Assembly (NCBI GenBank): GCA_047975765.1
Contig: JBKEEF010000012.1
Coordinates: 210,995 to 274,994, forward strand
Direction of reading: 5' to 3'
DNA length: 64,000 bases
Source: Alphaproteobacteria bacterium
GTDB taxonomy: Bacteria > Pseudomonadota > Alphaproteobacteria > RF32 > CAG-239
The notes beneath the pieces are model-generated. The model was not told the origin of the DNA, did no database searches, and worked only from the letters and a program-made list of their open reading frames with translations. Positions within the stretch are counted from its first letter, which is position 1, and every line of letters starts with the position of its first letter. This document shows positions 36,147 to 48,641 of the stretch, piece after piece. A program made the position numbers and the translations under genes.

Positions 36147-38706
36147 TAAGTTCTTGAACCGAACACTTATTACAATGGCATATGCGCTTATGGCACTTGC
36201 TGTTTCTATTGCTGTGTTTTTCATATATCCCGAATACCATTCGCATAGCATCATTTTTGTAATCATCTTTTTAACTCTTTGTGTTTATTTAAATATTAAA
36301 ATCATTTCAGCTGCAGAAGAGGCTATTTCCTACGGTGGATTTGCAAATGAAATCATCCGAAACAATTCAAGCATCAGAAGAGTTGATAATGCTTCTGGAG
36401 AGCCTGTTATCCAGAACAATTTAGCAGAAGATTTTTTCAAAAATGAAAATATTCTGAAGTTTATTGAAGAATCACTTTCTTCTAATTCAAATAACAAAAT
36501 AGAGTTTCATCGTCTGAAAGATGGATTGCAAAACCTAATTAAAACAAAAGTAACTCTTTCCTTAAATCTCAATCAAAATAGTGATAGAATTTTTGAAAAA
36601 GAAGAATGGTTTGATATTGAAATTGCACCCATTTTTTTGAAAAAAACAAATATTTTTGAAAAACCTTTCTCTGTCGAAAAAATTAAAAATGAGACATACA
36701 TTTTATGGAGCATAAATAACATCACTGCTCAAACGAATATGGATAGCATTTTCAAAGATGAAAGAAATTTTCTTCACGACTTTTTGGACTATTTGCCTGT
36801 TGGTTTATATACTTGTAACAGTAAATATGAACTGGAATATTGCAATCATGTTTTTGCAAAAATGCTGGGAAATGATAGAGAAGCTATTATTGGTCAAAAC
36901 TTACAAAATATTCTTAGTGAAAACTCTAATCTTCCGCCTAAGACATCCGCTTGGCAAGGTCGTTTATTCTTCAATGCGGGAGAAGGTAAAATTATTGATG
37001 CTTACCTTGCACAAGAGAATTTCAGAGAAAAAGGGCAAATTAAAATCCGCACAGTTGTCTTTAGCAACTTACCAAATGAAAAGAAAATTCAAGAAGAATT
37101 CAACCAAGCATTAAACAAACTTAGTTGGCTTTTCGGAGCATCTCCTATTGGAATCTTTTTTGCAAACAAAGACTTTGAATTTATTGAGGCAAATGAAACT
37201 GCAAGAACATTTTTTGATTTAAAAGATAATGATAAGAAATCACTTATCAGCTATATTAAGAACGAAGAACTGGATAAATTCTATCAAGAAATAAACCTTG
37301 ATAGCTATCCTAAAAAAATTGATATTGGTGTAAGGATTAATCAATTTGAAAAGATGATTACGCTTTATGTTACAAAAATGAAGAATCTCTATTCTTCAAC
37401 AGAAAACAATGTTGAAGGTTGGGTTTTCTATGTTTCTGACGCAACAGAACAAAAAAATCTTGAATTACAATTTGCTCAAGCTCAGAAAATGCAAGCTATG
37501 GGACAACTTGCTGGTGGAGTTGCTCACGACTTTAACAACTTATTGACAGCGATGATTGGCTTTTGTGATTTGCTTCTTCAAAGACATGGCGTCGGTGACC
37601 CTTCTTTTGCGGATCTTATCCAAATTAAGCAAAATGCTAACCGAGCAGCAGGTCTTGTTCGTCAACTTTTGGCCTTCTCAAGAAAGCAACCTCTTAAACC
37701 AAAACTTCTTGATGTAGCTGATAACTTCCTTGAACTTAAACATATGCTCAATCGCATTTTGGGTGAGAATATCAGCATCACTTTCCATCATGGTGAAAAC
37801 TTGGGCTACATCAAAGTTGACCCTGTTCAGTTTTCTCAGGTTATCTTGAACTTGGCCGTCAACGCCAAAGATGCCATGGAAGGCAAAGGAGAACTCAAAG
37901 TCGAAACAAGAGTGGAACATATCAAAGAACCATATAAATTTGGTGAAGACATCATCAACCCTGGTGAGTTTATGGTTCTTGCAGTAAGTGATACGGGCTG
38001 TGGGATTGCTCCAGAAAACTTGACCAGAATTTTTGAACCTTTCTTTTCAACTAAAGAAAATATTGTCGGTTCTGGAACGGGTCTGGGATTGGCTATGGTT
38101 TATGGTATTGTGCGTCAAACTGGTGGTTTTATCAAGGTGATGAGCGAACTTGGGAAAGGTACAACTTTCGCAATTTATCTCCCTCGCTATGAAGCAGATG
38201 AAGAACAAACAGAAGAAATTGAAGCAAGCAAGGAAAAGAAAGAAAATGCTATTTCAGTTGCCTACAATCAAAAACTTATTCTAGGGCTTAATGTTTCTAC
38301 AATTGACCAAAAAATCGAAGAGAAATTTTTTGACACTTCAAAAATTAGAATTTTGTTTGTTGAAGATGAAGATTCAGTTAGGGCTTTTGCAGTTCGTGCC
38401 TTGAAGAAAAAAGGCTATGATGTTGTAGGTTGTAATTGCGCAGAAAATGCTTTGGAACAACTTGATGCTGATGAAAATTTCAATCTAATGATTACGGATA
38501 TGGTGATGCCAGGAATAAGTGGTAGCGAGTTAGCAAAAATTGTCAAAGAAAGAATTCCAAGCATTAAAATTATTCTTGCTTCTGGCTATTCTGAAGAAAT
38601 TGCAAAAAAAGACTTGTCTAATAGTGATAATTTTGATTTTATGGCAAAACCGTTCAGCTTGGGTGACTTAACCAAAAAAGTTTTTGATGTTCTTAATAAG
38701 GCTTAA
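36115..38706 (+). CDS. cckA: Hybrid PAS histidine kinase CckA
   Basis: 2 TM, PAS regions, GQLAGGVAHDFNNLLT, NLAVNAKDAM, GTGLGL, receiver VEDE..ITDMVMPG; follows flhB; exact start uncertain. Confidence 0.9.
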   Translation: MLCSLTKKRPDKFLNRTLITMAYALMALAVSIAVFFIYPEYHSHSIIFVIIFLTLCVYLNIKIISAAEEAISYGGFANEIIRNNSSIRRVDNASGEPVIQNNLAEDFFKNENILKFIEESLSSNSNNKIEFHRLKDGLQNLIKTKVTLSLNLNQNSDRIFEKEEWFDIEIAPIFLKKTNIFEKPFSVEKIKNETYILWSINNITAQTNMDSIFKDERNFLHDFLDYLPVGLYTCNSKYELEYCNHVFAKMLGNDREAIIGQNLQNILSENSNLPPKTSAWQGRLFFNAGEGKIIDAYLAQENFREKGQIKIRTVVFSNLPNEKKIQEEFNQALNKLSWLFGASPIGIFFANKDFEFIEANETARTFFDLKDNDKKSLISYIKNEELDKFYQEINLDSYPKKIDIGVRINQFEKMITLYVTKMKNLYSSTENNVEGWVFYVSDATEQKNLELQFAQAQKMQAMGQLAGGVAHDFNNLLTAMIGFCDLLLQRHGVGDPSFADLIQIKQNANRAAGLVRQLLAFSRKQPLKPKLLDVADNFLELKHMLNRILGENISITFHHGENLGYIKVDPVQFSQVILNLAVNAKDAMEGKGELKVETRVEHIKEPYKFGEDIINPGEFMVLAVSDTGCGIAPENLTRIFEPFFSTKENIVGSGTGLGLAMVYGIVRQTGGFIKVMSELGKGTTFAIYLPRYEADEEQTEEIEASKEKKENAISVAYNQKLILGLNVSTIDQKIEEKFFDTSKIRILFVEDEDSVRAFAVRALKKKGYDVVGCNCAENALEQLDADENFNLMITDMVMPGISGSELAKIVKERIPSIKIILASGYSEEIAKKDLSNSDNFDFMAKPFSLGDLTKKVFDVLNKA

Positions 38707-38714
38707 AGGATAAA

Positions 38715-39428
38715 ATGGCGAAACAACTTCCTATCGAATTTGAATATAAACCATACTATGATCGTGAAGATTTTATTGTTTCAGACAATAACCACGAAGC
38801 TATTACTTTTATTGATTCTTGGCCAAACTGGCAAAGTTTTGCAGTTTGTATTTATGGTCCTAGAGGCTCTGGAAAGACTCACCTTGCCAATATTTTTGTT
38901 GAAACAATATACAAACACACAACCTATGCTCAAAAGATTCCATTTATTAATGCGCAAGATGTCAAACTAGAAACACCGCACCGCCTTTTTGAGGAAAGTA
39001 AATTTCTTGTTGTTGAAAATCTTTCTGAAAACGTCAATAAAGAAGCTTTGTTTCATCTCTATAATCTATATAGAAATGAAGGGGGCAATATTTTATTCAC
39101 GAGTGAAAAAGCACCTGCTAGAATGAGCTTTGGATTGGCAGATTTACAATCTCGTCTCAACTCCATCCCTTCCATTGAAATCAAAGAACCAAATGATGAA
39201 CTTTTATCAATGCTCATTATCAAACTTTTCGCAGACAGGCAAATCAACACAACTCCAGAAGTTGTAAGCTATCTCATCAATAATGCTCAGCGCTCTTTTG
39301 CCTATATCAAAGAACTTATTAAAGAAATTGATAATATTTCTATTGCAAAAAAAAGAGCAGTCACAATAAATATTGCAAAAGAAGCAATAGCATATCTTGA
39401 AAATAATTCTCAGATAGAACTTTTCTAG
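38715..39428 (+). CDS. hdaA: DnaA regulatory inactivator HdaA
   Basis: N-terminal clamp-binding QLPIEF, REDFIVS, YGPRGSGKTHL, LFHLYN, DLQSRL. Confidence 0.9.
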   Translation: MAKQLPIEFEYKPYYDREDFIVSDNNHEAITFIDSWPNWQSFAVCIYGPRGSGKTHLANIFVETIYKHTTYAQKIPFINAQDVKLETPHRLFEESKFLVVENLSENVNKEALFHLYNLYRNEGGNILFTSEKAPARMSFGLADLQSRLNSIPSIEIKEPNDELLSMLIIKLFADRQINTTPEVVSYLINNAQRSFAYIKELIKEIDNISIAKKRAVTINIAKEAIAYLENNSQIELF

Positions 39429-39446
39429 TTGATATTCTATAAACCG

Positions 39447-39481
39447 TTGATTATATCTTTTAAAGTAATATTATGTTACTT
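39447..39481 (+). promoter_or_regulatory. Candidate RND-operon promoter with inverted repeat over the -10
   Basis: TTGATT-16-TATTAT; aagtaa-N7-ttactt at 39463-39481. Confidence 0.35.
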
Positions 39482-39557
39482 GTTTATCTCCATTTTTTGT
39501 GGTTTATATTCAGTTTGGAGAAGATTTTTTATCTATTACTAATATTGGGAAAGACAC

Positions 39558-40718
39558 ATGAAGTTAGCACACGTTAAAAAAAGAACAATTGTTTTCAAAG
39601 TTATTATATATGTTTTGTTAATTGCTGTTGGTTGGTATCTGAAAAGTCGATTGACAATGCAACTCCCTCCAATGGGTGCGAAGGGTGGAACACCTTATGT
39701 TATCACAACAACCGTTGAAGAGCAGAATGTGACCCCAACAATGAATTATGTTGGTAAGGTTGAAGCTGTTGAAAGCGTTGACGTGAAACCTCGTGTCACA
39801 GGAAGAATTGAAAAAGTTCTTTTTGATGAAGGTGGTCAAGTTAAAAAAGGCGAAGTTTTGTTTGTTATTGAACAAGACCAATATATCGCAACTTTTAAGC
39901 TTAGAGAAGCTGAACTTGCTAAAGCTGAAGCTGTTCTCAAACAAGTGACTAGAGATTATGAACGTCAAAAATCTTTGAACAAACAAAAATTTGCGTCTGA
40001 AGCAGCACTTGATAATGCGCTCAGTAATTTCCTCCAAGCTAAAGCTTCTGTAAAACAAGCTAAAGCAAGCCTTGATCTTGCTAAAATTGATTTAGAATAT
40101 ACTGAAGTCAAATCTCCAATTGACGGAACAATCGGTAAAGCTTTAGTAACTCAAGGAAACGTTGTTAATGCCACCTCCCAAATTTTGGCAAGAATTGTTA
40201 AGCTTAATCCTATCCGCGTGACTTTTTCCATTACAGATAAAGACTTTATCCGTTACAAAAGAGCAGATTTAGAAAATAAATTAGACAATTTCAAAACAGA
40301 TCTCATTCTTGCAGATAGTTCGACTATTCAAACTCAAAGACTTTCAATGTTTGTAAACAATGAAGTTGAACTGCAAACATCTACGATTGCTGTGTTCAGT
40401 GAATATGACAACACTAAAGGTCTTTTGATGCCAGGAAGTTATATTAAAGTTGCAATCAAAGAATCTGCAGATAAAAGATCTATTTTGGTTCCACAAATGG
40501 CTCTTTCACAAGATGAAATCGGAACTTATGCATTTATTGTTAACAAAGATAATATTGTTGAAGAAAAACGCTTGGTTCTTGGCGATATCATTGGTGACAA
40601 ACAAGTAGTTAAATCTGGTCTTCAATCTGGTGACCGTGTAATTATCCAAGGTATCCAAAAAGTTGCCAATGGTGCAAAAGTTGAAGTTACTGAAGTTGAC
40701 TTAAATAAAGGTAAATAA
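39558..40718 (+). CDS. RND efflux periplasmic adaptor (AcrA family)
   Basis: [47 protein letters not shown]. Confidence 0.93.
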   Translation: MKLAHVKKRTIVFKVIIYVLLIAVGWYLKSRLTMQLPPMGAKGGTPYVITTTVEEQNVTPTMNYVGKVEAVESVDVKPRVTGRIEKVLFDEGGQVKKGEVLFVIEQDQYIATFKLREAELAKAEAVLKQVTRDYERQKSLNKQKFASEAALDNALSNFLQAKASVKQAKASLDLAKIDLEYTEVKSPIDGTIGKALVTQGNVVNATSQILARIVKLNPIRVTFSITDKDFIRYKRADLENKLDNFKTDLILADSSTIQTQRLSMFVNNEVELQTSTIAVFSEYDNTKGLLMPGSYIKVAIKESADKRSILVPQMALSQDEIGTYAFIVNKDNIVEEKRLVLGDIIGDKQVVKSGLQSGDRVIIQGIQKVANGAKVEVTEVDLNKGK

Positions 40719-40720
40719 AT

Positions 40721-43700
40721 ATGTTTTCAAAGTTTTTTATTGATAGACCTCGTTTTGCGATAGTCATCGCTCTTGTCATGACTTTGGCAGGTGCAATTTC
40801 AATGACATCTATGCCTATTGCTCTTTATCCAACAATCACTCCTCCAGAAGTTGTTGTTTCTGCTGTATATCCAGGAGCAAGCTCAGAAGTGATTTCTAAA
40901 ACTGTGGCAATTCCTATTGAACAACAAGTTAATGGTGTTGAAAACATGCTTTATATGTCTTCATCTTCAGATAACTCTGGACAATATCAACTGACTGTTA
41001 CTTTTGCTGTAGGAACAGACCCTGACTTAGCACAAGTTAAAGTTCAAAACCGTGTTCAACAAGCAATTTCATCTCTTCCTAGTGAAGTACAAAGACAAGG
41101 TGTTAGTGTTGTTAGAAAATCTTCAGACACACTCGGCTTTTTGACTGCAACTTCTCCAAATGGTACACATGATAATCTTTTCATTATGGACTATGTTGAA
41201 AATAACATCAAAAATGAACTAGCTCGTGTTGGCGGTGTTGGTGGGGTGAATGTGTTTGCTTCTAACTTGAGTATGCGTGTTTGGTTAGATGCAGATAAAA
41301 TCACTGGTTTGAACTTGACTGTTGCAGATATTACAAGCGCGATTTCAAGCCAAAACTTCCAACCTTCAATGGGTAAAGTTGGTGGACTTCCTGATGATAA
41401 GAAACAACAAATCGTATATTCTATCCAAACACAAGGTCGTATCAACTCAGTTGAAGAATTTGAAAATATCATTATCAAAACAGATGCAAATGGTGGTCTT
41501 CTTAAGCTCAAAGATGTTGCTAAAGTTGATATTGGACAAGAGACTTATTCATCTTCATCTTTCTTTGATGGAAAACCAGCCGTAGCCATGGGTGTAAGCC
41601 TGCTTTCAGGTGCAAATGCACTTGATACAATGACAGGTATTTACAAAGAAATTGACAGATTGAAACAATATTTCCCTGAAGACTTAGTGATTAAAGTGGC
41701 TTATGACTCAACAAACTACATTAAAGCCTCTATTCATGAAGTTATCTTCACAATTGCCTTCACATTCTTACTCGTGGTTGGTGTTTGTTATATCTTCCTT
41801 CAAGACTGGCGTGCAACTTTGGTACCGTCCCTCACCATCCCAGTTTCGTTGATTGCAACATTTGCTGTCTTAAGTGGTATGGGTTTCAGTATCAACATTC
41901 TCACACTCTTTGCCATGGTTCTAGCCATTGCTCTGGTGGTGGATGATGCGATTTTGGTTGTGGAAAGGGTTTTGTTCTTGTTAGAAACTGAAAAAGATAT
42001 GACTCCACGCAAAGCAAGTATTTTAGCAATGCAGCAAATCACTAGTGCGATTGTAGCGACAACAGCTGTTTTGATGGCTATTTTCGTGCCTATTGCTTTC
42101 ATGGGTGGAATTACTGGTAAAATTTATCAACAATTTGCGGTGACAATTGCTACATCCATTTTCTTCTCTGGTATTAATGCGATTACGCTTTCACCAGCGC
42201 TTTGTGCTACAATTTTGAAACCTTTCCATGAAAAGACAACTGGTCCTTTGGCTTGGTTTAATAGAATGTTGGCAGCAACTTGTAAAAAATATGTTGTTAT
42301 CATTGCAGTTATTGCACGTCGTGTAAGCGTGATTGCCTTGATGATGCTTCTTTTGGTTGGCATGGTTGTTATTCTTCTTAAGTTTAACAGTTCAAGCTTT
42401 ATCCCACAAGAAGACCAAGGTGTTGTGTTTGTCGATTTTCAACTTCCTGAAGGTGCAACAAATAACAGAACGACTGCTTTACTCCAAGAAGCTTTCCCAA
42501 CAATTAAAGACGTTCCAGGTGTTGACCATGTGATGTTCATTAGTGGTTATAGTTTCTTGAGTGGTTCAAGTGATAACGTGGCTATGGGTGTTGTAATTTT
42601 GAAACCTTGGGATAAACGTGATTCAAAAGCTGAACATTCAACTGCAATTGCAAACACTCTTAAAGGGAAATTAGCGCCTATTCCTGGTGCAACAATTAAC
42701 GTTTTTGAACCACCAGCAATCTCTGGTCTTGGTATGACAAGTGGTATCGACTTTAGACTTCAGTCTACTGTTTCGAGTGACCCAATTCAACTTGATACAA
42801 CTTTGCAAGCTTTCTTGAGAAAACTTAATACTTCTCCTGAAATTATGTATGCTTTCACAACATATACTGCAAAAACACCTAACCTCTTTGTTGAAATTGA
42901 CAGAGAAAAAGCAGAAGTTTTGAACATTCCTGTGTTGAACGTATTTAATGTGTTCCAAAACTATCTTGGTTCAACTTATGTCAATGACGTCAACTTTGGA
43001 ACTCAAGTAAATAAGGTTATTGTTCAATCTGAATGGGATTATCGTAAAAATACGGATAGTATTTATGACTTATATGTTCCAAGCTCAGTTGGTGCAAAAG
43101 TTCCTCTTGCTTCTGTCATTAATATCAACAAGATATTAGCACCTCGTATAGTAACTAGATATAACCAATATCCAAGTGCTAGTATTAATGCTATTCCGAT
43201 GATTGGTGTGAGTAGTGGTGATGCGATGAGAGCTATGGCCTCTATGGCAAACAAAGACCTTCCAAGTGGATATACTTTCTCTTGGTCTGGAATGACCTTC
43301 CAAGAAGCATCAACACAAGGTGAAATTGGTGGTTTGATTTTGCTTGCTCTCACATTCGTTTACCTGTTCTTGGTGGCACAATATGAAAGCTGGACCATTC
43401 CATTCCCGGTTTTGACCTCTGTTACAGTGGCAATGATTGGTGCTTTGGCCGGACTATTCGTTTATAAGATGCCGCTTAGTATCTATGCACAACTTGGTCT
43501 GGTTCTTTTGATTGGTTTGGCAGCGAAAAACGCAATTTTGATTGTAGAATTCTCTAAAGAAGAAAGAGAAAAAGGACTTTCAATTGTCAAAGCTGCACTG
43601 AATGGAACAAGCGAAAGATATCGTGCTTTGTGGATGACAGCTTTGGTGTTCGTACTTGGTGTGTTCCCGCTCATTATTGGTACGGGTGCAGGTGCAGAAA

Positions 43701-43903
43701 GCCGAAGAGCAATTGGTGTGACCGTGGTTTATGGTATGCTTATTGCAACATTATTCGGCGTGATTGTCATTCCTCTGTTCTATGTTCTCTTTGAAACACT
43801 TCGTGAGAAATTTTCAGGAACGCTTAATGCATCAAATCCTGATTTGACAGTGGCTCAAATTGAAGATCAAAAAGCTTTGGAAACCAAAGACAATATTGAT
43901 TAA
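40721..43903 (+). CDS. RND efflux permease (AcrB/HAE1 family)
   Basis: [45 protein letters not shown]; 1060 aa. Confidence 0.97.
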   Translation: MFSKFFIDRPRFAIVIALVMTLAGAISMTSMPIALYPTITPPEVVVSAVYPGASSEVISKTVAIPIEQQVNGVENMLYMSSSSDNSGQYQLTVTFAVGTDPDLAQVKVQNRVQQAISSLPSEVQRQGVSVVRKSSDTLGFLTATSPNGTHDNLFIMDYVENNIKNELARVGGVGGVNVFASNLSMRVWLDADKITGLNLTVADITSAISSQNFQPSMGKVGGLPDDKKQQIVYSIQTQGRINSVEEFENIIIKTDANGGLLKLKDVAKVDIGQETYSSSSFFDGKPAVAMGVSLLSGANALDTMTGIYKEIDRLKQYFPEDLVIKVAYDSTNYIKASIHEVIFTIAFTFLLVVGVCYIFLQDWRATLVPSLTIPVSLIATFAVLSGMGFSINILTLFAMVLAIALVVDDAILVVERVLFLLETEKDMTPRKASILAMQQITSAIVATTAVLMAIFVPIAFMGGITGKIYQQFAVTIATSIFFSGINAITLSPALCATILKPFHEKTTGPLAWFNRMLAATCKKYVVIIAVIARRVSVIALMMLLLVGMVVILLKFNSSSFIPQEDQGVVFVDFQLPEGATNNRTTALLQEAFPTIKDVPGVDHVMFISGYSFLSGSSDNVAMGVVILKPWDKRDSKAEHSTAIANTLKGKLAPIPGATINVFEPPAISGLGMTSGIDFRLQSTVSSDPIQLDTTLQAFLRKLNTSPEIMYAFTTYTAKTPNLFVEIDREKAEVLNIPVLNVFNVFQNYLGSTYVNDVNFGTQVNKVIVQSEWDYRKNTDSIYDLYVPSSVGAKVPLASVININKILAPRIVTRYNQYPSASINAIPMIGVSSGDAMRAMASMANKDLPSGYTFSWSGMTFQEASTQGEIGGLILLALTFVYLFLVAQYESWTIPFPVLTSVTVAMIGALAGLFVYKMPLSIYAQLGLVLLIGLAAKNAILIVEFSKEEREKGLSIVKAALNGTSERYRALWMTALVFVLGVFPLIIGTGAGAESRRAIGVTVVYGMLIATLFGVIVIPLFYVLFETLREKFSGTLNASNPDLTVAQIEDQKALETKDNID

Positions 43904-43916
43904 TAAATCAAGTCCT

Positions 43917-43948
43917 AAAAAAGCTCCTCCAATTGAGGAGCTTTTTTT
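43917..43948. terminator. Bidirectional terminator
   Basis: aaaagctcctc/gaggagctttt between convergent genes. Confidence 0.8.
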
Positions 43949-43961
43949 ATTAACATAAATT

Positions 43962-44357
43962 TTATTTCCAAAGTTCTTTTACAAAACCTTTTTTATCAAA
44001 TTCAACCAAGTCTAAATCTGGCCAAGCATTGATGTTATCATTCTCTTGCCTTGGTAAAATATGAAAATGGAAATGGAATACAGACTGCCCTGTATCTTTT
44101 CCACTAGCGTGTAGAATGTTAATACCACTAAATCCAAATTGGAGCTTGAGTTTTGTTGAAAGAAATTTAATAACACTCATTAGGTTCAAAAGATCTTCAC
44201 TACAAATATCGAAAATCGTTTCATGGTGTTTTTTAGGTACAACAAGAATGTGTCCATAGGCTTCTGGTTCAATTGGGAAGAAGCAAATAACATTTTCATC
44301 TTCATAAACGATATCGGCGGGAGATGTATGGTTGGCAATATCACAAAAAATGCACAT
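43962..44357 (-). CDS. HIT family nucleotide hydrolase
   Basis: CIFCDI, GHILVVPKKH, QSVFHFHFHILPR. Confidence 0.95.
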   Translation of the reverse strand: MCIFCDIANHTSPADIVYEDENVICFFPIEPEAYGHILVVPKKHHETIFDICSEDLLNLMSVIKFLSTKLKLQFGFSGINILHASGKDTGQSVFHFHFHILPRQENDNINAWPDLDLVEFDKKGFVKELWK

Positions 44358-44369
44358 AAGTTTTCTCCA

Positions 44370-45614
44370 TTATTCTTGATAGTAAACACGGTTATTATAT
44401 ATCTCAGCTTTCTCTAAAGGGCTTTCAATCTTTTTATTAATCAAAACACTAATTTCTTCGCCTGTTGCAGAATTAAACTTTGAGATAGAAGAAAAATTCT
44501 TCACAACATCTTTTGCACTAGGCTTAATTCTTTTATTGGTATTTTCAAAAGCAACAACCAACATTTTAACAGCATCATACACATTCGGAGCACATGGAGG
44601 AATAGGAAGAATACTTGAGCGTCTGAAATTTTCTCTAAACATAATGTCTCCTCTTGAGGAAGTGACATAAACTGCCCCGTTCATCAAGTTCTTATTTATC
44701 TCATTCATCATATCAATTGCAGTATATCTGAAAGGCATTTTGCTACGATTGAGTTTTGATGCAATTAGTCCTGCATCTCTACTATCCATTAGGAACAAAA
44801 CTGCTTCAGGAGTTTCCTCCTCTATTTCTTTTATTTCATTTGAAAATTTTACAGCACCTTTTTTTATGACTGCTTTAGAAGCCACAATGAAGTTTTCTTT
44901 TCTTGCCTGTTTCAAAAGCTCTGACATAATATCCATATAAAATGTGTCTTCTTCTGCAATAACTGAAAAAATTCGAATATTATTATCTTCAAGATTTTTC
45001 AAAAAATCTTTAACTTGCTTTTTGTGACTTGGAAAATGATTAAATGAATATTTGCTATCCTTCAAAAAGTTTTCATCCCAAGAGCAAGAGATATGTGGAA
45101 TTTTCTTTTTTTCAGCGATTGGAGCAACCGTTACTGCATCTTTATAAACGGAAAGGAGGGCATCTACTTTTTTAATGTCCACCAAAGTATAAGTACTCAT
45201 AAATGTCTTTTCTTTTCCACTATCTTCGATAACAATTTCATATCTAAATTTTGTATTATTTGGAATTTCATTATATGCCATCAAAATAGCAGAACGCAAA
45301 GCATCCCCCGAAATTTCATCTGGACCTGAAAGCGGAAGGCTTATCCCAATTCGTACAGTTTGTTTTTCTTTAAGAGACTTTCCAATATCTGGCAATTGCT
45401 TGTTTTTCTTTGCCAAATTCTTAACATGTTGCTTTGCTTTGCTTGCAGGTTTTCTTAAAACTTTTTGACCTTCTTTTTTGTTTCCAAGTGCAATTTTATT
45501 TGGAGAACGATTACTATGCTTGATGAAACTTTCAGAATTTATCAAATATGTAATGATTGAAATGACAATAATTGTCATGAGAAGAATTATTCGACTTGTT
45601 GTTTTACTAATCAT
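44370..45614 (-). CDS. Type 1 periplasmic-binding (LivK-like) protein, membrane-anchored
   Basis: N-terminal TM, RIGISLPLSG, YEIVIEDS, NVYDAVKML. Confidence 0.8.
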   Translation of the reverse strand: MISKTTSRIILLMTIIVISIITYLINSESFIKHSNRSPNKIALGNKKEGQKVLRKPASKAKQHVKNLAKKNKQLPDIGKSLKEKQTVRIGISLPLSGPDEISGDALRSAILMAYNEIPNNTKFRYEIVIEDSGKEKTFMSTYTLVDIKKVDALLSVYKDAVTVAPIAEKKKIPHISCSWDENFLKDSKYSFNHFPSHKKQVKDFLKNLEDNNIRIFSVIAEEDTFYMDIMSELLKQARKENFIVASKAVIKKGAVKFSNEIKEIEEETPEAVLFLMDSRDAGLIASKLNRSKMPFRYTAIDMMNEINKNLMNGAVYVTSSRGDIMFRENFRRSSILPIPPCAPNVYDAVKMLVVAFENTNKRIKPSAKDVVKNFSSISKFNSATGEEISVLINKKIESPLEKAEIYNNRVYYQE

Positions 45615-45765
45615 AAAGCACCTTGTTCAAAAAATAGAATGTGAGCATGATATACCTAAGTTATTAATAAATATTTATTATCATAATATAGGTTGATTTT
45701 GTCTAAATTAAGTGTTATCAGTCTAGCATGTATTTTATTATTGTATCATTTAAAATTATTTACCT

Positions 45766-46101
45766 ATGAAAAAGATTACGGAAACACAAGTTAGAAAAAA
45801 AGTACTTTTCTTATTTTGCAAAAATTTTCTTACCAGAGACGTCGAAGGACAATACCTATCAATTGCCGATGTTGAAGTCAAAGCGGTCAAAGGCCTTGAG
45901 AAATATATCGAGAAGAAGAAAGGCTCTAGCGAGGTGGGATTGGATAGTTATATCGCAAGGTATTCCCTTTCAGCACAAACGCTAAATGCCCTATATGATG
46001 CTGGATATGACTTTATTGTCAGAGCCTCATATCGGTTTCACGGAAAATTCTACAATACCGAGCATCATGCGACACTGAACGAAAAGCTAGGAATTGCATA
46101 A
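45766..46101 (+). CDS. Hypothetical protein
   Basis: 111-aa ORF ending at a bidirectional terminator; SD-less leader. Confidence 0.65.
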   Translation: MKKITETQVRKKVLFLFCKNFLTRDVEGQYLSIADVEVKAVKGLEKYIEKKKGSSEVGLDSYIARYSLSAQTLNALYDAGYDFIVRASYRFHGKFYNTEHHATLNEKLGIA

Positions 46102-46113
46102 TCATTTTTTCAC

Positions 46114-46144
46114 AAAAAAAGGACACAAAACGTGTCCTTTTTTT
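46114..46144. terminator. Bidirectional terminator
   Basis: aaaaggacac/gtgtcctttt. Confidence 0.8.
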
Positions 46145-46157
46145 GTTTTTATATCTC

Positions 46158-47963
46158 TTAATTATCTCCCAAACGCAATGCTTCAATAAAGGCACTTTGA
46201 GGAATTTCCACTTTACCAAACTGGCGCATTCTCTTCTTACCTTTCTTTTGCTTATCAAGAAGTTTACGTTTACGAGTAATATCACCTCCATAACATTTAG
46301 CTGTTACGTCCTTTCTCATTGCAGAGATTGTTTCGCGTGCAATTACCTTTCCACCAATTGCTGCTTGAATTGGAATCTTGAACAAATGTCTTGGAATAAG
46401 GTCTTTCAATCTCTCACAGATAAGTCTTCCTCTGAATTCTGCTTGACTTCTATGACACAAAAATGCCAACGCATCAACAGGTTCTTCATTAATCAAAATT
46501 TGAACTCTCACCAAATCAGATACAACATAGTTCGTAATTTCGTAGTCAAAACTTGCATAACCGCTCGTAATAGATTTTAATCTGTCATAAAAGTCAAAGA
46601 CAATTTCATTGAGAGGAATGTTGTAGACAACCATTGCACGGTTGCCGACATAAGTCAATTCAACTTGCTCGCCTCTTCTTTCTGTACAAAGCTTCAAAAC
46701 AGCTCCTAAATAACTATCCGGAACCATAATTGTTGCCTTTACCATTGGCTCTTCAATCGTTGCAATTGTTGATGGATCTGGCATATCTGCAGGATTATGT
46801 AAATCTAGTTTTGTACCGTTACTTAAATTGATTTTATATGCCACAGAAGGGGCTGTTGTAATAAGATCTAAATCAAACTCTCTTTCAAGTCTTTCTTGGA
46901 TAATTTCCATATGAAGAAGCCCCAAGAAACCGCATCTGAAACCGAGCCCAAGAGCTGCGGAATTTTCATTTTGATATTCAATGCTAGCATCATTTAATTT
47001 AAGTTTTGCCATAGCATCTTTCAGAGCTTCATAGTCACTGCTATCAACTGGGAAAATGGAACTGAAGACAACTGAAACCGAAGGTTTAAACCCTGGCAAA
47101 GCATGAGCTGTTGGAATTTTACTATCTGTTATTGTATCCCCAATATGGCAATCTGAAACAGATTTAATGCTTGCAGAAATGAAACCAACTTCACCTGGAT
47201 AAAGTGCGTCAACATATTGCATTTTCGGTGTAAAATAGCCTAGATTGTCAACTTGATATGTCGCTCCATTGGACATCATTTTAATTTGTTGTTTCTTTCG
47301 CAAAACACCGTCTTTGATACGAACCAAAATAATAACACCAAGATAAGTATCGTACCAACTATCAATCAAAAGCGCTTTGAGAGGAGCATTTTCATCTCCT
47401 TGAGGTGCAGGAAGTTTTTTCACAATTTCTTCCAAAAGCAAGTCAACACCCAAGCCAGTTTTTCCTGAAACTTCAACAGATTCAGAAGTATCTAAACCAA
47501 TCACATCTTCAATCTGCATTTTAACTTTTTCTGGTTCAGCAGAAGGTAAATCTACTTTATTCAACACAGGGATAACTTCATTATTTGTATCAAGCGCTAA
47601 ATATACATTCGCCAAAGTTTGAGCCTCAACACCTTGTGTTGCATCAACAACAAGCACAGCACCTTCGCAAGCAGATAAGCAACGGCTTACTTCATAAGAA
47701 AAGTCAACGTGTCCTGGAGTATCCATCAAATTAAATTCATAAGTCTTTCCGTCTTTTGCTTTGTATGAAAGACGAACAGCTTGTGCTTTGATGGTAATTC
47801 CTCTTTCTCGTTCAATGTCCATACTATCAAGAATCTGCTCTTGCATTTCTCTTTTTTCCACACCACCCGTCATCTCAATAATTCTATCGGATAGGGTAGA
47901 TTTTCCGTGGTCAATATGGGCAATAATTGAAAAATTTCGAATCAAACTAATATCATGTGCCAT
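46158..47963 (-). CDS. lepA: Elongation factor 4
   Basis: [43 protein letters not shown]; ATG at 47963. Confidence 0.99.
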   Translation of the reverse strand: MAHDISLIRNFSIIAHIDHGKSTLSDRIIEMTGGVEKREMQEQILDSMDIERERGITIKAQAVRLSYKAKDGKTYEFNLMDTPGHVDFSYEVSRCLSACEGAVLVVDATQGVEAQTLANVYLALDTNNEVIPVLNKVDLPSAEPEKVKMQIEDVIGLDTSESVEVSGKTGLGVDLLLEEIVKKLPAPQGDENAPLKALLIDSWYDTYLGVIILVRIKDGVLRKKQQIKMMSNGATYQVDNLGYFTPKMQYVDALYPGEVGFISASIKSVSDCHIGDTITDSKIPTAHALPGFKPSVSVVFSSIFPVDSSDYEALKDAMAKLKLNDASIEYQNENSAALGLGFRCGFLGLLHMEIIQERLEREFDLDLITTAPSVAYKINLSNGTKLDLHNPADMPDPSTIATIEEPMVKATIMVPDSYLGAVLKLCTERRGEQVELTYVGNRAMVVYNIPLNEIVFDFYDRLKSITSGYASFDYEITNYVVSDLVRVQILINEEPVDALAFLCHRSQAEFRGRLICERLKDLIPRHLFKIPIQAAIGGKVIARETISAMRKDVTAKCYGGDITRKRKLLDKQKKGKKRMRQFGKVEIPQSAFIEALRLGDN

Positions 47964-48183
47964 CTTAAAAAACTCTGTCCTTAAATCTATAAATTGTAAA
48001 CTTGCTCTATAGATAATTGAAATTTGGGCATTTAGCAACAAAAAACTCTTTTTCGTCCCTGTCCTTTTGTACTTAGATGTTTTTAGAGCACCCTTTTATT
48101 CATAAATTGTTATTGTACAATCTGAGAAAATATGATTTAATTAGAGAATAATGTATTATAATTTTGTCTTTGTGGGAGCAGAT

Positions 48184-48621
48184 ATGAAAAAATTTTTAGA
48201 TATTGAGTTTAACTCCACCAGATACGATGAACTTGTTGAACTTCGCTACAAGGTTCTTCTTGAACCTTTGGGCTTGAAGTTTCTTGATATGCACCGCGAA
48301 AAAGAAGCAACCTACCTTCATGTCGGGTGTGTTGAAACACTTGATGACAAACTTGTTGGCGGACTTATTCTTGCCCCTCTTAATGATAAAGAAATCAGAT
48401 TGATGCAAGTTGCAATTTCCCCTAGAAGCCAAGGCGAAGGCATTGGAAAAGACCTTGTTAAATATGCTGAAAAAAGAGCTAAAGAAACAGGATATAGCAA
48501 AATCATTATGCATGCTATGCTTTCTGTCGTGAATTTTTATGAAAGACTTGGATACCATCAAGAAGGCGATGTCTTCGAAGAAAAAGGCATTACTTTTGTG
48601 AGAATGGTTAAAAACTTATAA
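48184..48621 (+). CDS. GNAT family N-acetyltransferase
   Basis: LRYKVL, RLMQVAISPRSQGEGIGKDL, FYERLGY, GDVFEE. Confidence 0.92.
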   Translation: MKKFLDIEFNSTRYDELVELRYKVLLEPLGLKFLDMHREKEATYLHVGCVETLDDKLVGGLILAPLNDKEIRLMQVAISPRSQGEGIGKDLVKYAEKRAKETGYSKIIMHAMLSVVNFYERLGYHQEGDVFEEKGITFVRMVKNL

Positions 48622-48641
48622 TCAATCAAGGGGGTTTGTAC

